Notes: generated by a model from the letters alone, not told the origin. A DNA stretch of 64,000 nt from Amoebidium appalachense (GCA_963693365.1 CAVNZM010000018.1:62001-126000); one strand, 5' to 3'. Shown: positions 46,887-64,000, numbered from the stretch's first letter. Numbers and translations: made by a program.

Positions 46887-48535
46887 CCTTAATTGAGAAT
46901 GGAATGTGACGCTGTAAATAGAAGCCATGTTTTGATGGACGACCAAGTCTTGAGCATGTGTTTTATATGCGCAAAAAAATACGCCAACCCCTACCCCGTT
47001 TCTAGCCTTTCTGAGAATATTCGTGAGCAGACATCTGTATTTTTCTTGCTTTCGAATTTTAGTGAACAGGGTGCAATTGAAGCATCGTGTTTTAGCGCAA
47101 TAGAGTCACTCACATGTCAAAGTATTGAAAGTTGAATTTTTTTTTTTTTTTTGTGCATCCCTTGCGCCAAGTACCGAAGAGTTTTCCGTAAAACCTTTTC
47201 AATCTCCGTAATCATTTGTAGAGGTCCATCACAGGGTCTTGGCCCTGTAATAAGTTCAATCCTCGAATGACTATCGTAAATTTATCGTTTTTTCCCCTAC
47301 ATTTTTTCGTTCTGTTCCTGTTGAATATGATACATGTGTGAATTTCACTGAGTGCACTTTTGTTTTGTTTGCGTGTCAGCTGGTTGACAATTGACAATCA
47401 ATATAAGAATCTCACCAATCAAATTGCGATTACCATAAATACTGCTTTCTCAATTGAAGCCAACACAAACCCCCCCCCCCCTCCCCCCCCCCCCCCCCCC
47501 CCCCCCCTCCCCCCCCCTCCCCCCCAGTACACACACACGCACTTCAATTATATTTCGCTCCCGTGCACTTTTCACGTTTGTTTCTGTTGATCAAATCCCC
47601 CGGAGTCGACTCATTTTTCCTTTATACGACAAGCCAGCACTCAGCGCGTGCTTCCCCCCCCCCCCCCCCCCCCCCCCGGGGGGCCACCGGGAAAAAGCGC
47701 ATCCGGGGAAAGAAGGGGGGGGGTGGGGGGGGGGGGGGTGTTGGCAGGGACACTTATACAGTATCCCCTTGCGTATTCATAAACCTCGCGATCGGATCAG
47801 GCCTCACTCACAGTGCACTAATATTAGGAGTACTGGTGTCCGGACACAACAGTGTCAATACGGATTTACCATAGATGGTGTACCGTGTTCATGTTATCTC
47901 CTTAAACTTGGAGTTTTTTAGCTGTATCCATATACGTTTTGCAAGGCGGGCCGTTCATCAATCTTGAAGTGCATCAATAAGAAGGTGTATGAATGCTAGG
48001 GGCAGGGGCTACTGTAACTACGCTAGGTTAAACAATAGGCATATGTGTCTGTGTACTTTTCTCGATGGTTTTTGTGTGTACTTATGTGGGTAGGGGATGT
48101 CGAGGGCAGCGTAACTAGGCCTGGGAACTTCTAGCTCGGTCAAGAATCCCCCCCCCCCCCCCCCCCCCCCCCCATCCCCCCCTCCCCCGCCCCTTCCCCC
48201 CTCCCCACCTCACCACATCTCCCTCCCCCCCCCCCTCCCCCCGAGTCCCCCCCGGGCCACACACACACACAAACACCCAACACTTCAGACACACACACAC
48301 GAATAACACAAACTCAGTGTATTATTTGAATGCAAATTTGAATCTGTTCGTAACTGGTATCTACGGCCAGTTTTGATCTATCATTCGTCCCACCCATCCG
48401 GTCCCCCTCCCCTTCTCCCCCCCCCCTCCCCCCCCCCCCCCCTCCCCTCGAGCTTCCCTCCCTCCCTCCCCTGCCCCCTCCCGCCCCACACATCCGAATA
48501 CTATGATCTCCACCCACCGAAGCTTCTCTTCTTCA

Positions 48536-48589
<54 letters not shown>

Positions 48590-48804
48590 GAAAAGAAACA
48601 CACACACTGCTTTTTTTTTTTTGCCAAACTCGGTATATATATTTATCTCCCGAGGGGTAGCATGAGGGGGAGAAAAGCTAGGCTAATAGTAACCATGAGA
48701 TAGTGAGTAGACTACAGTAAGAGGATGCAACGAAACAACGGGATATTGAAGTTTTGCAACTCATTATTTTATTGGATGTAGGCGAACCATGCAAATTACA
48801 CTTA

Positions 48805-49958
48805 AAGACAAAAGTGCGAATAAATGTAAGTCTAATAGAAGGATGGAGGGGTGTGTCTTTAAAAATATTAGCCGAGAAGAAAGCTAACCGCTTACGAGCC
48901 AACTCTAAGAGGGTAGAGTTGGCTCGTAAGCGGTTAGCTTTCTTCTCGGCTAATATTTTTAAAGACACACCCCTCCATCCTTCTATTAGACTTACATTTA
49001 TTCGCACTTTTGTCTTCCCGGCATGTGAATATGGTTTACCCCTTCTCGCCGCTTGGATCAAGAAAGAGAGAACTAGAGCGCTTAAACCCTTGGCAAATTT
49101 CCTTGAAGCAGAAGTTGCCTCCTTTCTATCTAACAACTGTTGTAAACCTGGGCCTGTAACGCTCTCGATATATGGTCTGGTCCCAATAGCTGCTAGAGTA
49201 TCCTATCTCGCGCTGAAATTCAATAAGCACATAAGCCGCTTAAAGAAGTATTTGCCCTCCCACCCTCTCTTCTCTATCCGACCTGTCCCCTCCTCACCTC
49301 TCCCCTCTTTCCTCCCCTCTCTCTCCCCTTCTCCCCTGGGCACAAATACAAATAAACCCCGCAATAGTGTGTGTGTGACTTTGGACTGCCACTTACTTAT
49401 TAAACATGTACACAATCACAAGATAATCACGCAATATAACAAATGGAAAAAGATACCACACGACACTAGACCCGATGAAAGCATACACCTTGAAAAACTA
49501 AGCCTTATGTCTCGTTTTATATATACTGACCGCCTCAACCATATTGCCAAATATGGCACTCGCAAGTGTATAACACCTAAATACATATTACCTTCCTGTA
49601 GAACTGGTCTTTCTCTAGCTGATGGTATTATTGATCAATTACCACGCTTTTACTGTACACGTGCTATACAGTGGAGATCTAATAAGTATAAGGTGGCATC
49701 ATTTGCATGCCCAAACAACACACACACACACCAGTTTAACCGGTCATGTATCGCCAAATGTAGTTTGATAGACCACATAATACCGCAACACACACACGTC
49801 ACATTCACAACAGACACCCAGAAAGATAGCCTACCTGTAAATTACAACATCCTTGATTTTATACTAAACACGCGTAACTACGACCTGTTTATTAGATGTA
49901 TTGATTGGCTTGAGAAACACATCACTACAAAATTATAGCGCACGCGCACACACACACA

Positions 49959-50019
<61 letters not shown>

Positions 50020-50051
50020 CCAGCTGATACCGAGTGTCCCGAGGGGAGCCC

Positions 50052-50095
<44 letters not shown>

Positions 50096-50291
50096 GGGGA
50101 ACCCCAACTAATTGATTTCTCCTTGTAGTCTTTATGGTGTCTCGTAGAGAAAGTAAACCCTGATATATAGTCACCACCCGACATCTATGGACGTGATCAT
50201 GATATACCGCTGAGGGGATATTCCGAGCAAACCCCCCCCCCCCATACCTGAGACTGGTTCTCTTTGCCTCGAGTAAACAGCGTAAACCCCC
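48805..50291 (+). mobile_element. 5'-truncated copy of the LINE with a 5' fold-back inverted duplication
   Basis: 48908-50291 matches the reverse complement of ~3247-1879 almost exactly (one SNP near 50190, plus differences in and beside the homopolymer/microsatellite tracts). 48805-48907 is the perfect reverse complement of 48914-49016. No TSD seen. Confidence 0.95.
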
Positions 50292-50328
50292 TTTGTGTGT
50301 ACGAGCGTACGTGTGTGTGTGTGTTTTT

Positions 50329-50397
<69 letters not shown>

Positions 50398-50477
50398 GTG
50401 CGTGTGCGTGCTTGCACGGTTTGTGTGTTTCTGTGTGCGTGTCTGTGTGCGCAGGTGTGTGCGCGCGTGCGCGCACG

Positions 50478-50577
<100 letters not shown>

Positions 50578-50600
50578 TGTGTGTGTGCGTGTGCGTGCGT

Positions 50601-50683
<83 letters not shown>

Positions 50684-50794
50684 CGCGGAGTGTGTGACGT
50701 GTGTGCATTTGACGTGTGTATGTATGACATGGGTGTGCCTTCTGTTTGTGTCTTGTGTGTTTGTGTGGGTGTGTTTGTGCGTGTATGATGCGTG

Positions 50795-51014
<220 letters not shown>

Positions 51015-51903
51015 GATCCCGATGCGGCGTGTCTCAATGAAGGAGTCATCATCAGTGAAACTGAGCTCTACTGCCAGATCTAAAAACAGATAATATTGAT
51101 TGGTATTTTCTATTTCTTTGTAACTATAAGCACATGTGCACGTGGGGGTGGTATGTAGCTCTTATAAATTTTAGGAACAGAATATACTATGTAAGTAGCT
51201 AAGCAGTACTAATCGCGCACGGAGCACGCATTACGCGTAGCTCTATAATGTTTGTTGCTCCTGCCTAATATGGCGGCAACCAATCGTATCCTGCTCTGAT
51301 CGGTCAGGAGGGAGGTAAATTTTTGTACGAAAATCCGCTTGACGTGCCCTGTTGGCATGCTTTTGCCGTGAGATTAAGGAAATATAGCTGTGAAAACAGA
51401 AAACAATTTTGAACATTTAAATTCTGTTCTTTGGCTATGTTTTGGTATATTTTGCAGATATACACTCACGCTAACAATTATCCGGACTCGGAGTCCCGGA
51501 ATGAGCGATCAAAGGAATGCGATCCGATAGCTGTTTGCGAGACTCGGTACTGTACCCCGGTTAGGCTTGTAGCTTTTTACACAGGTTTTATTTGCATACT
51601 ATGCATTTATATAATAAGCGATATTTTATGGTTTATTAGAGACATAATTATGCACAATATTTAAATAATATTCATGCCTCGCCTCAAATCTTGCCTGAGT
51701 TCAAAACAGCGCTAGCCTATTTGGACCAATCACACAAACCCGGCTCCTGACCTGTGCGGCACCCAGGGTTCGAAGGACGGTGGAGCCCATTAACGGAAGT
51801 CGAAATCCCGTTTCGGAAAACCTCTTCGAAAATCGGAATGCTCCGTCGGAGCAGGCCCACCAAAAATCGTAATCGTCGCGCATCAGTAAACTTGAGTACT
51901 TGT

Positions 51904-52290
51904 ACTTGAGTTGGTTAACATTGTGAGAATAATCCCAATTAGTAACTTGAGTTGGTTAACATTGTGAGAATAATCCCAATTAGTAATGCAACAAGTGAAC
52001 GTGGCTTCTCTGGTGTGAATATCATTAAGACTTCTCTCAAAGCACGTATGACAACACAGACAGTGCACAATCAGCTCATGATAGCCATGAATGGGCCGGA
52101 TATTGAGGCAGATGTGAAGCACGTGAAAGCTGAGCTTAAGTTTCAGAAAGAAATGGCTAAGAAATTAGTTAAAGAGGGCAAACTGAAAGGGTTGACTGTA
52201 GAAGGGGCCAAGGAGCAGCTGGGAAAGGCCCAGCCACGTGGCCGAGGCAGCAGCCCAAAAGAAGGCTCTGGCAGATTTCCTGGCTTTTGA
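51904..52290 (+). mobile_element. hAT transposase relic (C-terminal dimerisation domain only)
   Basis: LVNIVRIIPISNATSERGFSGVNIIKTSLKARMTTQTVHNQLMIAMNGP fits the hAT dimerisation motif P-x-S-x-A-x-x-E-R-x-F-S...K...R...NGP. There is no upstream DDE domain, and a 41-bp tandem duplication (51904-51985) sits at the break. Confidence 0.82.
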
Positions 52291-53420
52291 CTGGAACAGG
52301 GTGCACAATGTGTATATTGCCAACCCTTTCAAATAAATTGGATCTCTGACAACACACCAGCACCTAGTAACCGTCAAGTAGTGTCCCTTGTTTTTATTTA
52401 AAAATTCTGGGGGAGGGGAGGGGAGCCTCGGGAGGGGAGGGGAGGGGGGGGGGGAGTGAGTTGAGGCAGCAACATGGAAAGCTCAGGCAGAAATCGCATG
52501 TTTGGGGTGGGGGGAGGGGGGCCCGGGGGGGGGGAAGAAAATCACGTTGGGTGGTTGTGTTCGTGTTTGTGTGTGTGTGAGTATTTTTCTTTGCAATTGT
52601 GTGTGCGTGTGTGGTGGGTATGTATGCACGGCGTGTGCGTCTGTGACAGTGTATGTGTACAGGTGCACGTGTACTAGCCTAGGTCACATGTGGTGTCACG
52701 GCTCACGTATATGTGGGGTGCATGTGTGTCTTTGAACGGAACACAGTGGTGCACAGTACTAGTGTGTGTATTGCCTGCCATTTAAGACGCGTGCCACTGA
52801 TCGTTGATACACGTGGCACCTGCACCTGGTGGCAGTCGACTCTGAGCATCTAGATCCATTCCATGTTTAGGCCTTCCTGGGGGGGAAGGGGGGGGGGGGG
52901 GGGGAGTACTAGTAGGGGGGGGGGGGGGGGGGGGGGATCCGCCTGAGAGGGGGGGGGGAGAGGGGTGAGGCCGGAGCGGCGGTGGGGGAGAAGGAGGGGC
53001 AGCACTGGTGGAGGGAACGATGGGCAGCGGAGGAGGGGGGGAATGGGGTTCGATTTCTGGGGGGGGGGAAGTTTCGAAGTGGAGGCCGGCCTATATATAC
53101 ATGCGCAGGCACATGCATTGTATGTTCATGTGGCCATGCATGGCTATGATGCATATGTGGTGTCACGGCTGTGTGTGTTTAAATGTGTGTGTGTGTGTCT
53201 GTCTGTGTGTGTGTGTGTGTGTGCGCGTGGGTGTGTGCATAATTGTGTTTGGTGTGACAACATGTACATGTGCTAGGCTGGCACTCTAGTCAGGGTCTGC
53301 CATTGAACATTCTACAGGGAACGTACGGGAGACACGTACGTACGTGTGCAGCTTGTGTGGGTGGTGTATGCCCCGTGTATGATGAGACCTGCGAAGTCAT
53401 GGGGAGCTTCTCCCCGGGGG

Positions 53421-53467
<47 letters not shown>

Positions 53468-53591
53468 CGCTCGGGCGTTCCGATTCGGCCGGGACGATTT
53501 TCGGAACTGTGTTTTCAAATATCGGAAATTCCGATTTTTTTTTCGTAACTTCGAACCCGGTCCTGTGCTGACCGTCGGTTGGGATCACTAA

Positions 53592-53717
53592 CCAATCAAA
53601 TGCGATTCAAACCGGTTTTCAAACATTCCACACATTCCCGCCTGGCCACTGTCTGTGGGACAGTGGGAGTGGCATGATATTAGCCAATCATTGCTCGCCG
53701 CCCCTCGAGTATATAAA
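53592..53717 (+). promoter_or_regulatory. CCAAT-CCAAT-TATA promoter of bHLH-ZIP paralog 2
   Basis: ccaat at 53592 and 53684; tatataaa at 53710-53717. Confidence 0.55.
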
Positions 53718-54059
53718 CGCGTCTCGGCCACTAAATTCGAGCCAAATTACGTACATGATAGGCTAATTACAGGTGCGGGGTCTGCACATCTCCACACGTG
53801 ACTACATACACGTGCACATGCATATGCACTGGGAAACACACTCATACGGTTTGTTATCATAGTGTGCACTCACGAAAGCTCACACGCACATATACACAGA
53901 CGGAGAGACATACACTCACATTTGAGAGCCATACACTCACGCACAGTGCAATTGCACTACACACAAAACAACCAACAAACACACAGTGGATTAAACACGC
54001 ACGCACGCACGAACAAACGCAAAAATTCTCACACACATACACAAAAAATCAGATAAACG

Positions 54060-54149
<90 letters not shown>

Positions 54150-54346
54150 AAACCAGTACCCCTTTCACGTGATTGAACGCCTAGTCATAGTATGAGTGCA
54201 AAAAAAGCACATGTATTTTATCCATGCACAGGCACACACGCCCACGTGTCATACATCTATGAAGTGCACGGTAAATTTGCACACAATTATCCTCAGCCAT
54301 TACAACCCCTTTGCCACTCCCTTCACGTACGTGCGTTGCGGACGCC

Positions 54347-57273
<2,927 letters not shown>

Positions 57274-57308
57274 CCTACCAGACTGTGTTGCTCTATGCAA
57301 GCTCCTTA

Positions 57309-57547
57309 GTTGCCTTATATGGAATCGCAGTGTTACCTTATATGGAAGTGCACAGTGTTGTCTTTAAATGGGATTCCGGTGTTGCCTTATATAGAAATGC
57401 AGCGTTGTCTCTAAATGGGAGTCCGGTGTTGCCATATATAGAAATGCAGCGTTGTCTTTAAATGGGAGTCCGGTGTTGCCTTATAGAGGAATGCGGCGTT
57501 GTCTTTAAATGGGAGTCGGTGTTGCCTTTTATAGAAATGCAGTGTTG
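57309..57547. repeat. 47-bp minisatellite built of two related ~23-24-bp subunits, in the 3' UTR region of paralog 2
   Basis: ggtgttgccttatatagaaatgcagcgttgtctttaaatgggagtcc, about 4-5 copies. Confidence 0.9.
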
Positions 57548-58179
57548 ACTTATTTGGGACTAAAGGGTTGCACACCAATAAGCAACTCTGTGTGTATATA
57601 ACTTCTCATTTGTTGTCGAAACCAATATACTTTTTCACCTGGGGGTAACCTATACGCATATGTGGGCAACCCGTTTATCTTAACGGATTATTAGGGGCCC
57701 GGGTTGGAAACTTAGGCTATCATATTGAAATCATTCATGACGCATTTGAATTGTAAAATTGCAATCTTGTTTGTGATTTAAGGGGGAGGGTGGGGAGGGA
57801 GGTTAGCATTTGCAATACAGATAAGAAAGTTAACCTTGAGCGCTTTATATGTTCTGAAACACATGACTCGTTTAATGGTCATTGATATGAACACTTGCAT
57901 CACGTGATATTGGTATGCAATTTTGATGCCTAGAACGTATGTGACATGATGATAATGGTGATGATCGGTTGCCAAAAAAAATACCAAAAAAGCAGGCGGG
58001 TTCCCATTAACCCATACCGGTTTTCTGATTATAGATCTCATTTTTGGGTTTTACCTGAGAATAGATAAGCAACTGGTGCCCAAATGAATGTCTACTTCAA
58101 TTGCATAACGGAGTGTCCAGTGAAAGCATTTGTTCCCTCCCCCTCCCCCTCCTCCCCCCCCCCCCAAAAAAAAACCCCC

Positions 58180-58263
<84 letters not shown>

Positions 58264-58683
58264 CCCCTCCCCACCCACCCTTTGCATACACACATAAATC
58301 ATCGAAGCTCACAGAAACCCACGGCTTTTCCCTATGCTGGGCATCTTTCCCGTCAAATAGGTAAGAGGGCAAGCACGTGACAGGGTGCATGCACGTGTGT
58401 ACTCACATTTGTGTGGGGTCAGATCACATGCATGAGTGTGCAAACATAACGGGGGGAATGGGTGGGTTGGTGCATGTGCGTGCATGTTCTTGGCCACATG
58501 TGATTGGTTTCGCAGATAGCTGTGCTGTACATATGCGCAAACATACAACAAACACACTATGTAGTGCGAGGAAACAGATCGGTTGTGCATGCAGAAACAC
58601 ACCTTCAAACAGCATCGATTTTGGTGTGCATATACAGACATTCCAACAACCACACACGTGTAAGGTCACACGTGCGTGCGCAC

Positions 58684-58829
<146 letters not shown>

Positions 58830-58902
58830 CGCACCGCATACGTTGGGATGCACTAGGGTGGTAATAGTCATGGCGAGCAGGGGGGAAGGGGGTGGGGGGT
58901 GG

Positions 58903-58941
<39 letters not shown>

Positions 58942-59862
58942 GCAATTTTTTTTTCTTTAGGGTTTTTTGGTGGTACCTGTGGTGGGGCAAAGGGGGGGAG
59001 GGGGGAGAGGGGGGTGTGCATCAAAAAGTGAAGAATAAGACCAGAGGATCCGGAAGATTAGATTCTTAAAACCGACAAGAAAAACCCCGAAGGGAGAATC
59101 AAGGAACCTGGGGAACGTGGCAGGGACAGACGACACATTGCCGCTGGTGGAGAGGGATGAAGGGAGCGGGAGGGGGGGGGGGGGGGGGGGGAACAGAGGG
59201 GAGGAGGAAGAAAGGGGGAAGGAGGGAAGAGGAAGGGGGGGAGGGCTGGCAGTATCGTCTATTGCTGCACTTCTTTTACCCCCGAAATATTAATCAACTT
59301 GGTTAGAACATTCATTTCATGTGTAAGTCATTGGTTGTAGCAGTTCTAAGACATTCTCATTTTTCCACACGCCTACTTCTGTATGGTTATGCGTGCGCAT
59401 CGAGACTCACCCATTTAAAGAGTGGAGCTTCGGGGCCATGCGACAGAAAATGCGAAAAACATAAAATGGTAATAGTGAACGTCCCCTGCGTTGGAACACT
59501 TGTAACGCTACGTGAAAGGCAATGCCAAAACCCGTATCAGTAGATCCCGCATGCCTATAAAAGGAAGTTCCCTTTAAAGGCAATACCCTAGTCCTCCATC
59601 AAGTACAATGCCACTTCATTGGCCACCAATCCCACGCGTATGAACACGCCCACAGTATTTTCCCTTCATTCCTCCCTATCCTTCTTATCGAGCTCATTTG
59701 CTGACTATTACTCTTCCTTCTTGTTTGTTGTTTTGAAGGGTTCCCCTAACGACCCCCCCCCCCCCCCCCCCCCCCCCCCAACCGTTGGCCATTTCTGTCC
59801 CTCCTCTCCTAGTCCCGACTCTCAAAGAGGTTTACACGAGCGCGCGCGCACACACACACAAA

Positions 59863-59937
<75 letters not shown>

Positions 59938-60028
59938 ACACCTGTTACCATACAATGTGCACAGAGACAAATTCTACCAGTCTTCTGCTTGTGGATGTCT
60001 GGCGGTAGTCGATCCTTCAGAATCTTTT

Positions 60029-60064
<36 letters not shown>

Positions 60065-60776
60065 GTTCCCCTCTCCCCCCCCCCCCCCCCCCCCTCCCAC
60101 CACCCTCGACTCCCCCCTCCCCTCCCCTACTCCCCCCCACAACACACCTACATACACAAACAGAAATCCTTCACCACCCCCCTTCCCCCCTCCCGCCTTT
60201 CAATACGCTTTCTGGTTGATTGACTCCCTCATGCCACCCTCTAACCCTCGGACTCGGGGTCATCCTCCCCCCCCTCCCCCCCCCCCCCCTCCCCCCCCCC
60301 CCCCCCCCCTCTCCCCCCTCCCCCCCCCCCCCCCCCCGCCCGGGAGGATTGCATCACTCTTATACATTCGGAATGATATCGATAAGGGTCGATCTGACCC
60401 TAACAATAGCGTCCAATGAGGTTGCAGCATGCCTGCTGGGTGCATCGACAAATATGGACAAATGCTATGGTCACGTGTCTGCCTTTTATGGGCATGGGCT
60501 ATTATTAGATTCGAATCCATGACCGAGACAATAATTCTGAGCTGGTGGAAAGGGCATTTCCGATTGGTTGAGTCTGCTAATGTGTTTCTAAATCTGTGTT
60601 TGCGCGATTTTTATGTTTCAGGTGAGGAGATAGGGGGATTTAATAGGTACAGCTTCTGATAAGGCACCCGGAAAGGGTCAGGTGGGGATGGAATCAAAAG
60701 CTAATTGGTGTTAAAGTGGTTTGTGAGGGTGAGGAGAGGTGTTCCCGGTGTGTGGGGGGGACAGGGAGATGTGTGT

Positions 60777-60826
<50 letters not shown>

Positions 60827-61063
60827 TGGGGGGAGGGATTAAGGGCAGGGATGTGAGAGTGGGGGTGTGTTTGAGGGATCCTCGGGGGAAGGAGGAGAGA
60901 GGGACAGAAGAGAGAGAGAGAGGGTGGGAGGGGGGGGGGGGGGGGGGGGGACAGGAGAGGGGGAAGAGGGGAAGAGAGAGAAAGAGAGAGAGAGTGTGTG
61001 TGTGCGGACGTGTATTTGTGTATGCGTGTCGGTGCGTGTGTGTGCATGTGTCTCTGTGGTTTT

Positions 61064-61140
<77 letters not shown>

Positions 61141-61494
61141 TGTGCGCGCGCGTGCACGCGCGCGCGTGTGTGCTTTGGTATAGGGTCGTTCGAGAGGGGG
61201 AGGTGTGGCCCGCAGCGTGGTGCGATGCGTGGGGGGAGGAGTGTGGGGAGAGGACGGTGGATGAGTGCACGTGATCATCCACGTGTTCATGGTGTAACTG
61301 GCCAATAGCAACACGTTTGATGGGTGCATCATGGGGCCATGATGGCCTCCGCAAAAAGTTTGGCCAAAACGTGCACTCATTGTACGCTGTGGGGGTGCAG
61401 GCGGGCAATGCACTGGGCATGCATCGCCGGTGGCCCTATCCATGGGTAGTGCACCGGCCGGCGGGGGCCCCGGGGGGGGGGGGGGGGGGGGGGG

Positions 61495-61620
61495 TTTGAA
61501 TGCGGAACATGGTACGCGTGAAGTACGCATACACGATGAGAAGAAGCATGGTGCAGGACACATGCAAAGGCAAACATTCAAGTATGCCGTCATAAGCAGA
61601 GCTGATCCTCAGGGCAGGGG
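61495..61620 (+). repeat. Copy of the dispersed short repeat family
   Basis: tttgaatgcggaacatggtacg...gatgagaagaagcatggtgcaggacacatgcaaaggcaaacattcaagtatgc...ataagcagagctgatcctcaggg, highly similar to 33319-33460. Confidence 0.88.
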
Positions 61621-62354
61621 GGTGTTCAGGTGGGTGGACCGCATGCACAGCGAATAAATAATCACTAATCCACTACGATCGGGAGTCTGTATGGTACCCC
61701 TGCCGTGCACACGCACACGGGCAGTGGGTGATTCTTAAATAGCACACAGCGGCCAATGAGGCTCCACATACCACACCCATATATGGACACATACCTGCCA
61801 TATAAGGGCACGGGAACAACTACCAATACACACGATCAGCCAATCGTGTGATAGCCCGGGAATGACACTTGAGGAAACTTATAGGGTAGAACGGGAAGCC
61901 CTAGCGTACAAACCCACACACAACTTGAGCACCAGCATACCAGATACTGGGGAAAAAAGAACATGCCTACCACATAACCACAGCGCAAGAGGGACCCGAC
62001 CTAATAATAACAGAACCAACAACGAAAGAGGCAGTCAAAGCAACACAGCCTAAAGGTGGGGGGTAAAAAAAATAAAATAAAAAAATGAAAAGAATTGTTC
62101 TGCTGGGATATTCTAAGTGATATGAAAAATACAAAAGAAACAATGAAAAAAACAAAAAAAACAAAAATGAAAAAACAAAACAGGAGTTGTGTGGTACTAC
62201 GTGCACTGTACAGACACACCAATCGCAGCCACCAGGTAATAGCCTTATATGGCGCCGGCAGCATTCATGCCGGCCTTGCCCGCGCAAACTTCATCCTGTA
62301 AATGCATATTCCAGTCAGCACCCACAACATCCCCCCCTGCACAAAAATACAAAT

Positions 62355-62393
<39 letters not shown>

Positions 62394-62747
62394 CATTTGT
62401 GCTTTATTGTGATATACAGCATGTACCAGTTCACAAAGAGATCAGGAAAGTTTGCACAAAGGTAAGGTGAAGTCCATCCTGGAGGAAAAAGAAACGGGAG
62501 GAGGAAGAGAGGTGGGTGGGTGGTGGTGGTGGTGGTGGTGGTGGTGGTGGTGGTGGTGGTGGTGGTGGGGGGGGGGGGGGGGGGGGGTAAAATGTGGAGC
62601 ACAATATAAAGCCCATCACAAATCCAAACATACGCACACAGCCATACAAGAGCTTGCACAGAGGTGCGCGCTCCCGCGCGCAGGTGTGTGTGTGTGTGTG
62701 TGTCCGTGTCCGTGTGTGTGTATTTGGGGTGGGGTGGGGGTGGGGGT

Positions 62748-62780
<33 letters not shown>

Positions 62781-62798
62781 CCAAAGCAGACGTACAAT

Positions 62799-63690
62799 TT
62801 ACAGGTAGTCGTCGTAGTCAAAGTCCTCCTCGTCAAACTCCATCTCCTGAAAATCGACCTTGTAGCGCAATAGAGCCCCCACCCCACCAAAACCACGCAC
62901 GAATTGGGCCCCCTCCTGGCTCTTATCGGTAATGATCTCCAGCGTGGTGCCGAATGTCTTGTAATTGTTTGCAAACCACTCGATCACCGGTAGGGCTTCG
63001 ACGATTTCGAGGTCCGTGCCTGTCACTTCGTCCTGTGTCCGTGTCCGTGTGTGTGTGTGTGTGTGTGTGTGCGCATGTGGATGCGGAAAGGAGAGGTGGG
63101 AGGGGGAGGGGTTTGTCAGTCACGGTGGTATTGTCTAGAATAGAAAAACCGGGAGAGAGGGGTGGATGAGTGTGGATGCCCAAAGGTGCATCGTATGTGT
63201 GTTGCTTCCCACCCATATAAACGGAAAGTGAGATAAGAAAACACGTTTTACAACCCCCTCCCCCCCCCCCCCCCCCCCTCCCCCTTCTGCCCCCCCAAAC
63301 CCCAAACACGCACCGACCATCTCCCCTCCCCCCGTATATTCCCACCAGCACCCAATCCACACACGTGCACCCCCGGCACACAAACGACAATGACCACAAC
63401 ACCACACACACAACCGTGCATACAAAAACAAAACGGTCCATCGAATCAATCACAATCAAAGCAACACCCCCCCCCCCCCCCCCCCCTCTCTCTGGAAAAT
63501 AAAAATATAAAATGGAACAAAACAAAAAGATAGACCCACGGACCTGGAAAAATTTCTTCTTGTCCTTCTCCTGTTCGGGCGTGAGGTAGTGCACGATGAC
63601 GTCATCACTGTTGGGGTTCTTGACCTCGTACCGTGTGATCTCAAGGTTCTCCCACACAATCGTCACCTCGGCTGCACCCATCTCCAGCGC
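62799..63690 (-). CDS. ETF1: Eukaryotic peptide chain release factor 1, last two exons (gene continues beyond the window)
   Basis: Exons 63690-63544 ([16 protein letters not shown]...[13 protein letters not shown]) and 63032-62799 ([44 protein letters not shown]...DYDDYL*): the canonical eRF1 C-domain. Confidence 0.96.
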
Positions 63691-64000
63691 CTGTGCACGT
63701 GTGTGTGTGTGTGTGTGTGTGTTTGGGGGGGAGAGGGGAGAGGGGAGGGGGTAGGGGGGAGAGGGGCAGGTGTAGGCCTGGAGGAGGCGGACGGGGGAGG
63801 GGGGAGGGGGGCGGGGGATGACGTCTTAGTGCCTGTCGGTGTTTCTCATGCTTTTCGTGTCCGTGTGGTATACATACATTGCGGCCGTGCAACGGCTTAT
63901 CACCCAAACCAAGGACACGAAAAACCACATGCTCTTGTGTGAGTACCCAACCGTGCAAAAGGCCCAAAACTGTTCTAAGTGCCCCCCCCCCCCCCCCCCC

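Noticed and set aside
48754-49938. 394-aa ORF (and minus ORF 48678-49136) as a novel fusion gene
   Set aside because: By-product of the palindrome joined to the truncated ORF2 tail; it starts at TTG and lacks the RT core.
53540-53570. tRNA T-arm-like ccgggttcgaag (also 51767, 60510)
   Set aside because: No T-stem closure or cloverleaf.
60340-60660. Complex-sequence island with short ORFs, downstream of a TATA-like site at ~59556
   Set aside because: No consistent frame, splice model or recognisable domain.

Overview
Intron-rich eukaryotic DNA (opisthokont-like, plausibly a unicellular holozoan; the taxon cannot be established from this window) whose introns and spacers are filled with poly-G/poly-C, (GT)n/(CA)n and (GCGT)n tracts. 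These tracts generate most of the spurious ORFs in the track. Supported content: a full-length, apparently intact APE-RT non-LTR retrotransposon (1881-6636, minus strand, 9-bp TSD), and a near-identical 5'-truncated copy (48805-50291) whose 5' end is a perfect 103-bp fold-back palindrome. Genes: a 21-exon USO1/p115 gene (7280-24081, about 775 aa); a 2-exon ubiquitin-like-domain gene with a midnolin/ZFAND4-like C-terminal helix (26377-27363); a 5-exon proteasome alpha1/PSMA6 gene (28794-35019, minus, 246 aa); an orphan 321-aa ORF with a DSGLHS degron-like motif; two tandem paralogous Myc/Mxd/Mnt-type bHLH-ZIP genes (45113-46886 and 54347-57273); and the last two exons of eRF1 (minus). Also present are a hAT transposase relic, a frameshifted CCCH zinc-finger relic, a dispersed short repeat family and several minisatellites. 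The most interesting signals are: a minimal UBL + helix protein without a Catch domain, next to PSMA6; introns polarised G/GT at the 5' end and C/CA at the 3' end, with microsatellites starting at the splice signals; a probable recent intronisation in one bHLH paralog; and the LINE's unusual termini and hairpin insertion. All gene models were built by eye from GT-AG boundaries and recalled protein motifs; no searches were run.
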